DNA of 64,000 nucleotides, taken from positions 6,612,784 through 6,676,783 of the forward strand of contig CM121341.1 of the NCBI GenBank assembly GCA_051530055.1, written 5' to 3'. Below, in pieces: positions 25,030-37,500 of this stretch (position 1 is its first letter; the number at the start of each line of letters is the position of its first letter). A program made the position numbers and the translations under genes. Under the pieces are notes generated by a model that was not told the DNA's origin, searched no databases, and saw nothing but the letters and a program-made list of their open reading frames with translations. Origin of the DNA: Neoechinorhynchus agilis (Eukaryota; Animalia; Acanthocephala).

Positions 25030-25399
25030 TGTTTTTAAACGCCCTCTGAGCCACCAAAAAAAGCAGCATCGATCGTCATTGGGCTTCGACCGTTCGTCGA
25101 TACTTACTGTTTTCAGAGGAAAATAGGGTTAATTTCCTTTAAACGTCTCTTTCAATTCCTACACGAAACCTTTTTCCTATGAAACATCGATGTCGCTTCT
25201 ACGTCTCTCTTTCGATGAACGAGATCCTTGAATCAACAAATCAGCCGTTCGAATTTTCGGATAATCTCAAATGTTATGAATCTCGGCCAAACAACTTTTA
25301 TTGACCAATCGGTCGATACAATTAAGTTCGCCTGGAAACATTTCGTCGTTTTAGAAAGATCCACGCAGGCTATCGAGAAAACGGATTCGATTGTGATTT
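25030..25399 (+). repeat. Copy A of a ~370-440 bp direct repeat
   Basis: gccctctgagccaccaaaaa...gcagcatcgatc.tcattgggcttcgaccgttcgtcgatacttact...cctggaaacatttcgt.gttttagaaagatccacgc is shared with 27072-27515. Confidence 0.85.
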
Positions 25400-25639
25400 G
25401 GAAACAGCAAGAAAGTTTTTTGAAGAAAATGTGGAAGATTGGATTGTGTATTGAATAACGCGATTCTTAAAGGAAGTTCATTAAAATTTAATTTTATCGG
25501 AGGTAGATTTTTTGAAGCACCCAAAGTGCAATCAGTGCTCGTTGCTTCGAAATTTACGGCGCTCAAAATGCAAATTCGAACGAAATTCAAAACATAAATT
25601 AAAAAAGAACGCATTCTGATCTAAATTCCAAAGATATCT

Positions 25640-26900
25640 CAAATCGGAATTAATCGGATATACGATTTAAATGCAAACTTTATTTTGTCATTGCCTTGCA
25701 TCGGAAAAAATAAGATCAATGATCAATTTATTTGCAATCAAGTGCCGATTTCATATTCCTGGGGACTGTTAGATGAAAAAGGCTTAGTGATTGATTTATT
25801 GAAGAGCAAGTAAAGATTTGTTTTGAAGGACGATGATCGAAATCACGAATATTTAAGACGCAATTTACCTATGGTTACTGAATTTGGGCACGGAAATGTT
25901 TACAATAAAACCTACCTTTTATTTTTCACCTTCTTGAGTATAAGACGATGTGAAATTGAGTTCATTGAGTATCGAAAATCCGAATCTTACGAAATGTACT
26001 CGAATCTCTTTCATTGCAAATTGCAGTCATTTTACAAGGACTACGTTAAAATGATAATGGAAAAATGGAGAACCCATAATTCCGCGGACATTATGTCGGT
26101 TAATTATATGATCGTTAGCGGTTTTCATGAACCATTGGAAGCCATCTTTAAAGAAGTCAAGCATTTGTCCTACTCGTATTTTCCTCAGTTAAATTTCAAA
26201 GATCAAACTTTAGCGCTGAACTTTGTTAAGAAACGAGGAGTAATGAAATTGATAGAAAAAAAACGATGCGACGAAGCCAGAAAGTTGATAAATGAGAGAT
26301 GGGACAATCTCGTGGAACGGAACGATCAAGTCAAATGTTTTCTTTGTATTCAAGAATAGTTAGATATGATGACTGAGAATCACGATACCGTTAAGGCTTT
26401 GAAATACGTCGGTGAGAATATTGCTGGTCTCTTGTCCAATTACGAAGCGAGAAACAGATCGATATTAGAAGTTTTGTCGATGGTATCGATGAAGAAACCG
26501 TCGAAATCACCATTCGCTGCTTTGCTTGGTCCGAGAATGAGAAGTCGAACACCAAAGCAGATAAACTTCCTTCTTATGCAGGAAACCGAGCGATTAGCTA
26601 TCAAAGATTCAACTGGAGAAGATATCGAAGTTGCAACGATCGATGATGTCTGTCTAATCGATGCTTACAGGATATCGTTCTCTATGCTATCAATAATTGG
26701 ATCTTTGGAACGGGCACAAAGACACGTTCATGTCGACCGGGAAATTAATATTTATGAAGTGTTGCCAATATTTTTCCAAGGCAATATTCCTGTTCGGACG
26801 GCGAACGAAATTAAGGAAAGAAGGAATGATCATCGAGAATCCTATTTATGAAAGTAGTGACCTTTTTCTAGAATTTCTATTTTCTGGAAACAAATAAAGG
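25640..26900 (+). CDS. RanBP9/10-like (SPRY?)-LisH-CTLH-CRA protein of the GID/CTLH complex, with an internal TAG
   Basis: LisH-like IMSVNYMIVSGFHEPLEAIF, CTLH-like VMKLIEKKRCDEARKLINERWDNLVERN...FLCIQE*LDM, CRA-like LEVLSMVSMKKPSKSPFAALLGPRMRSRTPKQINFLL; exon boundaries uncertain. Confidence 0.6.
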
Positions 26901-27071
26901 TTCCAAGTTTTTGTTCTTGGTCGAGATGATTTAAGATGGAAAATCGAGAGACAGAACTAAGAATTAATGTATTTTTTAACAATTATCTTCGTTATTTTGA
27001 AAAATTAACGCTCGTCGAGTCTCGCAAAATCAGAGCACCATTCACTCCAAAATTTCTTTTTTTCGCATTTT

Positions 27072-27515
27072 ATCTTTTATTTTTAAGCGCCCTCTGAGCC
27101 ACCAAAAAGCAGCATCGATCATCATTGGGCTTCGACCGTTCGTCGATACTTACTATTTTTGGGAGGAAAATTCGAGAAAGCTTTGTACCCAAAAAACGGG
27201 TTCCTTCCTTTTAAAGTCTCTTTCCTTCCCTACATCAAAACTTCTTCCTTTGAAACGTCGATGTCGCTTCTACGTTTCTCTTTCGATTCATGAGATTCTT
27301 GGATTTAGGAATTCGCTCCGTCAGTTTGCCGGTTAGTCTCTTAATCATGAACCTCGGCAAATTTTTTTTATTGATTCATCGGTCGACACAATTCAGTTGG
27401 CCTGGAAACATTTCGTTGTTTTAGAAAGATCCACGCGGCCTATTTATATATTTGAATTTAGGGACGCTTAAGCGTCCGCCAATCGATTATCGAGAAAACG
27501 GATTCGATTGTGATT
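27072..27515 (+). repeat. Copy B of the direct repeat, with a ~45-nt insertion containing the palindrome ggacgcttaagcgtcc
   Basis: Aligns to 25030-25399. Confidence 0.85.
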
Positions 27516-28161
27516 TTTAGAAATTTAACGTTCCTGAAAAACACATTCAATCTGTCTTAATGCTACAATTTGTTGTCTTCAAATGTTATGTTTGTTCGGC
27601 TGATTTGAAAACAAAAAAAAATTTTGAAGGAAATGTGCAATATTGGAACTTTACTTTGATTGTCGATACTTAACGAACGGGCAAACGTGTTTATTGTTTG
27701 AGCTCTCCTTTTTCGCTTATTGAGGTAATTGTAACTTTTCATGCATTTAATTTTGATAAAGAACCATTCTATTTTTTCTCATTTTACAACTTATATAACT
27801 TGGCTTAAGAAACGAATGATCGGCGAACAGATCATGAAAGCGATAATAACTAAGCTTAATCGCAAGTGTAGAAAATACAAAGCGTTCAATGTAAAATTTA
27901 ATGCTTATTTATTGCGTAAAAATGTAAAGAATTTATTAGATTTGATATTTCGGCACAATCTTGTGCCCTTATCAAAGTCTAAAATCCACACGTTGATGGT
28001 GGTTACATTCACACTGCTCTTAAGTTCAGTTTGAAGTTCGCCTTATCCCCTAGTCCACTGTTTCAAGCTGGCGAATAAATGTGGCCTCCGAGTCACGGGG
28101 AACTGGCAATGATACCTCTCCTCAGAGCGAATATTTGTGTTCTTTGGTTAGTTTTTCCAAA

Positions 28162-28834
28162 TTATTTGTTTGCCTTACGTAGGATTGCAGGGAATTTCGT
28201 ATACCACACGCAGATCATCGGCTTCTGGTTGCAACTAAGCGATCTTTTCTTCACGTCGAACAACATAATCGTAGTATTGATCGGAAATGGAAGGAAAACT
28301 CGGATGTCGTCCAGAGTATCGTCGCATGAAATCACTTCGTATTCTTGTTTCGCGAGACTACGGGTTTTCGCAAGAAATACAGATACGACAAGGTCTCTTG
28401 TTCTGTTTATTCTACATGGATTTGCAACTTCGATTACATTGTGATTCACGATCAATTTGCTACGTTCGTTTTTATCTTCTTTGATTCTAAAGGCCAGATT
28501 TGCGTTGATTTCATTAACTATAATTCGTCGTTTTCTCGATTCGAGTTTTCGGCATGGAGCCTGCAATGACTTTCCAGCTCATCGTGCTTAATAGATATAA
28601 ATCAATAAAAAAATGATTAACGCTCCATGTAACAACTCATCGAGACTCGCGGCGCGTCTTCGGATTCCCATAGTCTTCGGTCGGCGTTTTCATCCGATAC
28701 AATATTTGTAACTTAACGTCCCGCGGAATTTTTGACTTGATACTGAGGGTAACCAGCATTTGTGTGAACGTTATCTTTTTCGTATGATGGACGCCCATTA
28801 ACGAAATTCTCCCATTTTTTATGTCGCGGTGCAC
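28162..28834 (-). CDS. Unassigned protein-coding fragment directly downstream of the LINE
   Basis: ORFs of 65 and 134 aa with protein-like composition; no family recognised. Confidence 0.3.
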
Positions 28835-28849
28835 AATAAATTTCGAATT

Positions 28850-31800
28850 GCAGCAGTAGGTGTTTGTATATTTGAGTCCGGACAGAGGTTCTGATTGAAG
28901 GAGTGGCGAGATTTAAAGCATTTTTCGATGACTTTTGAAAGAATGGATATTGCGCAGAATTATTCCGCAGAAATAGGATGATGACTTTAGCAGTTTTGAG
29001 CATGAGGGGATTAAGTGGGTCTATGACTTCGAGGATGATGCAGCGAAAAGCTCAGTTTGGGATTTCGGATCGACAAGACGAATTTTGAGGTACTTTTTTT
29101 GGGATGGGAAACTAAGGGGGTGTATCGGCGAGTTGAAGAAAGTTTCAGGTGTGGGCGTGAAAGATTGTGTGGTGACTGATGTGGAGCAGTGATTGTAATT
29201 TGAGCCAGGGCAGAGGTTCTGATTGATGGAGTCTAGAACTTGTTTTAATTCAATTGAAGACAAATTAGGGAAGGGATCCGGCTGGCGTATACCAAGAGAG
29301 TCGGCCCACCGCCATGTTGAATTGGAACCCGAACGAATTTTATAGGAAAGAAAGTTTTTGCGGGTGATAAGTATTTTGTTAATTAGAGCTATTTCTAAAC
29401 GGGGAAATCTGGAGGGCAGAGGTTCTGATTGATGGAGTCTAGAACTTGTTTTAATTCAGTGGAGGTCAAATTAGGGAAGGGATCCGGTTGGCGTAGACCA
29501 AGAGAGTCGGCCCGCCACCATGTTGAATTGCCACCCGAACGAATTTTAGAGGAAAGAAAGTTTTTGCGGGCGATAAGTATGTTGTTAATTAGAGCTATTT
29601 GTAAATGGGGAAAATCTGGAGGGCAGAGGTTCTGATTGATGGAGTCTAGAACTTGTTTTAATTCAATTGAAGACAAATTAGGGAAGGGATCCGGCTGGCG
29701 TAGACCAAGAGAGTCGGCCCACCACCATGTTGAATTGGCACCCGAACGAATTTTAGAGGAAAGAAAGTTTTTGCGGGCGATAAGTATTTTGTTAATTAGA
29801 GCTATTTGTAAATGGGGAAATCTGGAGGGCAGAGGTTCTGATTGATGGAGTCTAGAACTTGTTTTAATTCAGTGGAGGTCAAATTAGGGAAGGGATCCGG
29901 TTGGCGTAGACCAAGAGAGTCGGCCCGCCACCATGTTGAATTGGCACCCGAACGAATTTTAGAGGAAAGAAAGTTTTTGCGGGCGATAAGTATGTTGTTA
30001 ATTAGAGCTATTTGTAAATGGGGAAAATCTGGAGGGCAGAGGTTCTGATTGATGGAGTCTAGAACTTGTTTTAATTCAGTGGAGGTCAAATTAGGGAAGG
30101 GATCCGGCTGGCGTAGACCAAGAGAGTCGGCCCGCCACCATGTTGAATTGGCACCCGAACGAATTTTAGAGGAAAGAAAGTTTTTGCGGGCGATAAGTAT
30201 GTTGTTAATTAGAGCTATTTGTAAATGGGGAAAATCTGGAGGGCAGAGGTTCTGATTGATGGAGTCTAGAACTTGTTTTAATTCAATTGAAGACAAATTA
30301 GGGAAGGGATCCGGCTGGCGTAGACCAAGAGAGTCGGCCCACCACCATGTTGAATTGGCACCCGAACGAATTTTAGAGGAAAGAAAGTTTTTGCGGGCGA
30401 TAAGTATTTTGTTAATTAGAGCTATTTGTAAACGGGGAAATCTGGAGGGCAGAGGTTCTGATTGATGGAGTCTAGAACTTGTTTTAATTCAGTGGAGGTC
30501 AAATTAGGGAAGGGATCCGGCTGGCGTAGACGCCCGCCACCATGTTGAATTGGCACCCGAACGAATTTTAGAGGAAAGAAAGTTTTTGCGGGCGATAAGT
30601 ATTTTGTTAATTAGAGCTATTTCTAAACGGGGAAATCTGGAGGAAGAGGTTCTGATTGATGGAGTCTAGAACTTGTTTTAATTCAGTGGAGGTCAAATTA
30701 GGGAAGGGATCCGGCTGGCGTAGACGCCCGCCACCATGTTGAATTGGCACCCGAACGAATTTTAGAGGAAAGAAAGTTTTTGCGGGCGATAAGTATGTTG
30801 TTAATTAGAGCTATTTGTAAATGGGGAAAATCTGGAGGGCAGAGGTTCTGATTGATGGAGTCTAGAACTTGTTTTAATTCAGTGGAGGTCAAATTAGGGA
30901 AGGGATCCGGCTGGCGTAGACGCCCGCCACCATGTTGAATTGGCACCCGAACGAATTTTAGAGGAAAGAAAGTTTTTGCGGGCGATAAGTATGTTGTTAA
31001 TTAGAGCTATTTGTAAATGGGGAAAATCTGGAGAGTTATTTTGATGGGCCTTAGATGCTTGCTTTTGAAGAAGTTTCAAAATGGTGGAGTTATTCATGGT
31101 TGTTCCCGGTTAGAGATTAATGAATTTCTTGGGAATTGCCGAAATTAGGGAATTTTATATGATTGAGGTTAGGGAGGACATTGCCAAGGAAGGTTCGTTT
31201 GTGTTGCTGAAGTGGAATATGCGAATATTAGAGTTGAACAATTTTATAAAATTTTAAATGTGATGATCACGTTTATCCCTGACAAGTAAAAGGGGAGATT
31301 TAAAACGCTGAGGTGGGGTCGAGGGAGTAATGAGGGCAGAAGAGTAGTCAGAGTTCGGTGGATTTAGAGACGGATGAGTAGACGTCGATATTTTTTTGAA
31401 CACTGTCTTGATGAGCGTCAAGACGAGTTAGAAAGTCAATAAGTTGACGTCACTCTGCGAAGGGTGAAAAAGGAAATAGCTTATTGAGGTCTTCTGCAAT
31501 TAGGAAATGTTGTGAATTTGTGCCGTTTATGAGCTCCATCATGGAATCAAGTTGGCGCAAAGAGAACCCAGGGAGAGAGGCAACGATTGTGATTTTTACT
31601 AATGATATTTCTTGGAGGAGATGAGAAGTGGACTGCGATGAATTCTAGATCGGGGTTTTGTAGAGAGCTTGATAGATACTGAAAAGTTACCGACTGTCCA
31701 GACTTCAAAAATATAAAAGCTCTTGAAAAAAACCAATTTCGCAATAGATATAGTTCGACGGTGGGGAAGGGAATTTTGGATTTCGTTAAACCGGAGGGGG

Positions 31801-31870
31801 CATAATTCGCAATAGGGACAGAAATTTGCATCCTCGGAAACACCGTAGCAGAATTTATGGACATCATTTA
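28850..31870 (-). mobile_element. Decayed L2/CR1-type LINE ORF2 (APE domain, amplified linker, start of RT), 3'-truncated
   Basis: APE-like MMSINS...FLKSGQSVTF...DLEFIAVH, LIAEDLN and PNSDY; the RT start shows LKTAKVII and ISILSKVIEK; frameshifts and stops throughout. Confidence 0.75.
29210..31030 (-). repeat. About 9 tandem copies of a ~207-bp (69-codon) unit inside the LINE linker
   Basis: The marker gattgatggagtctagaacttg recurs at about 29221, 29427, 29634, 29840, 30047, 30254, 30460, 30655 and 30849. Confidence 0.95.
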
Positions 31871-34527
31871 AGCACTTTCAACATTAGAGGATGGGATTTA
31901 TGCTTGAACTTAAATGAGTGTTTAAATGTAAAGTGCAAAATCATTGAGCAAAAGTCCAAGAAGCAAGACAGATTTCACACGAATACTCATTCGATTTTAC
32001 ACGAGAAGTTGACAAAGATTTTTCTCCCCTTAAAGCGACATTTTGGCCAGAATCGATTTAATTTGATGGGTTTTCTTTTAAGAGCGGTCAGCCACTTGGG
32101 ACGTTTTGTTGAAGGAGAAATGTTGCAGAATTAGACGTTTTAATGATTACAGGGACAACTCAAATCTGCAATTTGTTCGACAGTGCGAATCTTCGGGATA
32201 AAAACTCAGAATATCCATTTAATGCTCGTTTGCTGCAAATTTCAGAGCACTTTGGCGACCAACTGGAGATATTCAAAAGGCAAAATGGAGACTCAAAATA
32301 TGATTTTGTCTGTGAATTGTTCTTTTGGAGGAGATAGTCTTCGCCTATCCACCTTGGAGAAAATCACGGTGCTTTAAAAAATGAGAAAGGAATTATCGCG
32401 AATTTTCTTTAGGAAAAGAACAGTCATTGATTGGACAAGAGTTTTTCCGTGCTATCGAGTAATAAAAGAAATGATTATGGATTTCCGATCAATACGACTT
32501 TAAGCCATTGCCATAGAAATTATAACGTTTCTCAATTATTGGAATGAATAAAATCGATCAGAGAGCGTGTTGCAGTGATCTCTTTACAGCTCGAAATTTT
32601 GCTCGCCTAAATTTTGAACTGGTGTTCACTTACACATTTACTATGCTCACGAGACAAAAATGATGAGCGCGATTTCAATAAAAAGCAAAAGCATAATCTT
32701 CAAATTATCCCTGAAACAACCGGAAAATATCTAAATTCTGAGAATTTAAAATCCCGTCTTTTTTGCACTATTCGTTCATCAGTGCATTTACAAGCTCTTT
32801 TGGTCCTTTTACAAAGATGCTCAAAACGTTTGTAAGATTTATTCCTTTTCGTAGAAATTTAAAAACGAGAAACCATTTGAACGAAGAAGCGGGACGATTT
32901 TTTGAGATCCAATAATGTTAGTGATTTTGCAGATCTTTAGAGCACTATCAAGTGAATTTCGTGTTGAGAAAATGGTGGACAAATTTAATCCCGCAATTGG
33001 CAAAAATCGATTTCAACGCTGGATGTTCAGATTCGAAAATACAGCAGATAATGAAGTTTATACTCAATACAGATAACGGATAATCTCTAAAAAGAAGCAC
33101 TCAGGAAAATACTAAAAGAAACATTTATGAAATTCGATTTATGACCAAAGTCTAAAACAATTTAAGATTTTAAAAAATTGAGTTCGATAAATTCTCCTAT
33201 CACAATGTAGAACATTCTTTGAAAGAAAATTAATCGGAAAAAAATAGGTTTCCATAAATTTAAAAAATATTACTCACGTCCATTGATGCGCTTCCATTCG
33301 TCCTCGGTACGAGGGCAAAAAACCTTCCAGCAGCCTCAAGATCGCTCGATTCATCGGAGAACAAAACAGAACGAAGCGAGGAACACGAATGCAACGATAG
33401 AAAGCGGACGGCGATTTGGAAGGTACGCTTAAAAACGACAGAATTCTAATCCGTTTATTTGGCGAGCGTTTAAATTTTTGCCTTCGTTTTTTATAATGGG
33501 AAAATCAATTTGTGAAAAGTAGCCATGTTGTCTAAATAAGCAGCGATTTTATTCGGTTTCTAAGGTTTTGCATAAATTTTTTCCTTTTTTTCCCCTCATG
33601 CCTTTGTTCAGTTAATAAAGGTAAATTTGTTAAAGAAAAAGGATTTATGAGATATTCATTTTTTCCCAAAACTTAAATTTATTAAAATTAAGTAAATTTT
33701 ATATTTTTTCCCTTGGTTCCTGAAAATTCGCTCCGGCCGCCATACGGATGCTCGTGGTGTTCCCCCGCTGCACGGCGTCCTTTTATTCTCGGATTACTGA
33801 ATTTCTGGTTGAGCGACGACTGGAGCTAGGACTTGTTTAGAACGCCGACTGTCGTAATTTCTATGCTGAACGGCGTAAATAATTTTGGCAAGATAAATGG
33901 AACTCTTTGACCTTCGTTTACTTCTTATTAAAAGCTTAATGATGATCCCAGCGATTACAACCTTTAGGATTTGCTTTTTATCGCAATGAAATTTGGTGTG
34001 CTCCTCGGCAAAAAAAGTAATCGCCTTGAATTCAAAAATTCCTATGCTGTGAAGAATCCGTATCTCACATTCGAGCATTTTGCTGTCGCAGTGGCGAGAG
34101 TTTTGAAAAATGTAAAGTGACAGATCGAGACATTTATATTTCTCTCTTGCAGAGGGATTTCTTCATAGTTTCGATCTCAAAGCATCTACAAACGATCTTA
34201 AATTCTTCTTTAAAGAGTCAATTTTTATGAAAGATTCCGACGGGAGGAATGTAATTAGTTTTAATTGCTTCAAAAATGCAACATTCCATTTCTGAATCGC
34301 TGATTCTCCGATACAAAAAATAATTAGCTCCACCCTTTGTTGTTGTTTTTGCGATCAACCATTTTCTAAGGTTAAAAACTCCGCGGTGATTGGTTCGACG
34401 GCTCCAATTGTTTCAATAGCCTTGTTTATCACATACGTGCAAATATTTTACTAGTACCTTTTAACATTATATTCTGAATAACCTATGGGCACATCTAACC
34501 AATTTATTTCGAAGAAAAGTTTGCTCT

Positions 34528-37500
34528 TTAGACGTCCAATATTCCATTTTCGAATCCAATAGAAATGCAGAATTCGTCGAGATCGTCGAATCTGGGAGTG
34601 TAAGGCACTTCCTCCAGTCGAGCCATCATATTGCAAAAGAACGTCACGCAATTTCGGTCGCAGGCAAACGAATCCATATCGAAACATTTACAATCTCTAA
34701 AATAGTAAAACAATGGGACGAACCATTTTGTTAATTGTCTGGTGCTAAAACGAAAATTTTTGGCTAATAACCAAATATTTGCAATTAAAACGCACTACCT
34801 CCAAGCAACGCAAAACCAAAGTTGAAATCGAGTATTGTGTCCACATGACTTAAATCGATCATCGACTGCGGCGATTACTTCGTGGAGCTGGGCAATTTTA
34901 TTTTGACCATTTTTTTTGAGTCCGCCTTCTTTTGACGCATAATCCGCATATTCTCCTTTCAGGAGAAAAATTTTAGTTGAATTGAAAAACTGGAATTTTG
35001 ATACAAACTCATTATTTCCCAAATCTTCTTTTTTCGTGTAAAAGTCTGTTTTATCTTGTCAGATAATACAACTCGAATTCTATGGATGAATCCTTTTTCT
35101 TGAAAAATAAGATAGAGAAACGCTCCGGGCTTTTTGAGCAAAATTAATCATTCGTCTTAAACGAAGTCGAAATTACTCTTGTTTCGATTGACGACAATAT
35201 ATCGATAGTTTCCTCCATAACATACCAGAAATTATTTTGAACCTCAGTCAAACAAATTTCTAAAATAATTAATCAGTCCTCAGTGTTTTTTGAGCGTGCA
35301 ACGAACCTTCACTAAAAATTCCAGTGCTCTCTCGATCCAAAAAGTTCGTTTTTAAGGCAGGATTTCCTTAAAAAAAATTACAGTTTTCTCTATTTTCCTC
35401 TATGATGTCTTACTGGTTTCATCTTCGCCAATTTGCTCACCGGGAACGTACCGTCCACTTAAATCATGGTTGCCGTAAACTTTGTACAGATGTTTGCACT
35501 TGAACCTGGACGTAGTTTACCAGCATGCCACGAATAAGTGCACTCACCCATACGATCTCTTTGTCAATGTATTCTCAATTGTAACATTATCAACTGAAAA
35601 TCGATTGCCGCTTCCCTTGTGATCATGATCAATGTAAATCAAAGTCAGTTCGCCCATGTTAGGTCGCTAAAACGCATACACTAGAAATTGAATCCGTGGT
35701 GGCTATTAAGAAATTCATGTGCTTTACAGTTTGAAAATTATTGCTACTAGTTTGGCATCGTAGCATGGTCGTATAGAACTTTACGAGTTTGCTATTTTTA
35801 TTCTTCTCTATTGATTAGAATGATTCTCAGTTCAAAAGCACATTCCTGGAATTCACAATTCAGTCTCTCTACGGTATCTCTTGAAGCAAAACAGGAAAAA
35901 AAGTTTAAGCAGGAAAGTAATTCTTCACCTGTATTACCTACGTTCCCTAATGCTTTTCAAATTTAATCAAAAAATTTTGAAATTTTAGAAAACCAATAAC
36001 TTATTCAAAAGGGTTTGGGATTTCTAACGGGCTTGGGCACTTTGGTGAATAATAATCGAAAATTAATCAAGTTCCTTATTAATTTTTAGAATAGTAACAT
36101 TTATTTCAGTTATTACATCTTTAAAATCATTTTTTCTAGGCGGCTACGGCGTTACATCTTTAATTTTCGGGGACTCTGAGCATCCTTTAATTTTTTAACT
36201 AAATACCTTTTTCCTAAATTTAGTCTTTATCCGCGGTAAATATTTTTTTCCGATTAAAAACGTTCTGCGAACCTCGTGTCGGATTCATCATTAGCTTGTT
36301 AGTATGAGTTCGACGATATTCGAAGAACGTTTTTAATTGAAAAAAATATTTACCGCAGATGAAGGGTTCTAAACAATAATTCTACTTGTGATTCCGTTTA
36401 AAAAAATTTTCATTAAAATAGATAACATAACATTCTTACCTTAACGTTAAAGGACTTGACATCATTTGGAAAGGTAATGAGATTACTTTTAGCGAGTGTC
36501 CCAAAGATAGTCAGAAGAGGTTTAGCGTTATTGAGCTTCATTGTCTTACTAGAGGACTTGAAATTTATACGATATCCAACGACTGAATATGGATTAGATT
36601 ACTTTAAAAAAGAGACACTTTAAAAGTTAACTTAGTTCTGTATAGTGATTGGTGAACGATGAATAACATGCAAATGAGCACGCTTCCATATTTAAGAGGA
36701 AAGATTCTCGTTTACTATCCTGCCGCAAAAATGCATCATGTTTATAGAGCCGTCTAACGATTTTTTTCCTTTAGTTTCGATTTTACGACCATAACTGACC
36801 TCAGTAGATCGCTTTCGGAAAATAGACACGATATACATTCCTTAAGGACACGGTATTCCAGACAAAGTCGAATAAATGCCTCCACTTTGCCATTGTCCGT
36901 CCAGTTTAACTGCTTGATGGAATCGAGTGTCCTGACGACCGCGTAATCAATGATATACTTATTGATCAGTAGGACTTACTCGACGATATTACTCAACACA
37001 AGAAGTTTCCCTGCTACACTAATCTTAGTCTCTTCGTTGTCTATTTTTTGATTGGTTAAAAGGACAATAAACACATTAACTAACCCCGAAATGGATTAAG
37101 TTTTTTCCTCATTATACACCATGTCAAAGCTTAAAGGAAATGGTGATTTTAGAAGGAATAAGTGATATTCAACCACCGTTTTCCATTTTACTGTCTATAG
37201 ATAACCGACGACTGTAAACTGTATTGTTCATTACGGTATAGCATTGTAAGTGGTACCATAGAGGACAGGTGATCTTTTTGGTGTGATCATGTCCGTTGGC
37301 GACCTTACAAAGATCGATTTCATACCTTCGGGTTACGGGCATTGTGAGACCATATTCGTTGTAATAAATCACTAAAACTGGATACGATCATTGCCTCACC
37401 TATATCTCCCTCCCCCTCTTGTTCAGCATTGGACGTAGTGGAATAATTCGAGTAGTTCTTGGTTGAATCAACAAAAAATAGTTTTCCCTAAAAATGAAGA

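Noticed and set aside
15214-26359. Genetic-code reassignment of TAG to Tyr or Gln
   Set aside because: The internal stops include TAA and TGA as well as TAG, and intact genes (DHRS12, USP) end on TAG.
28162-28566. PIAS PINIT/SP-RING protein (PINTT)
   Set aside because: The SP-RING Cys/His pattern is absent.
29429-30465. Family of 68-69 aa plus-strand ORFs
   Set aside because: These are antisense shadows of the LINE tandem unit.
8502-31030. CRISPR arrays at 8.5-9.6 kb or 29.2-31.0 kb
   Set aside because: The units are repeated in full with no unique spacers, there are no cas genes, and the context is eukaryotic.
33720-33830. U1-like or other Sm snRNA (GUGGUGUUCCC, UGCAC, AAUUUCUGG)
   Set aside because: The 5' ACUUACCUG is missing and the stems are not convincing.
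33794-35022. Mab-21/cGAS-like receptor
   Set aside because: The 34528-35022 exons fit the second RUN domain of DENND5 better, and no nucleotidyltransferase motif is seen.
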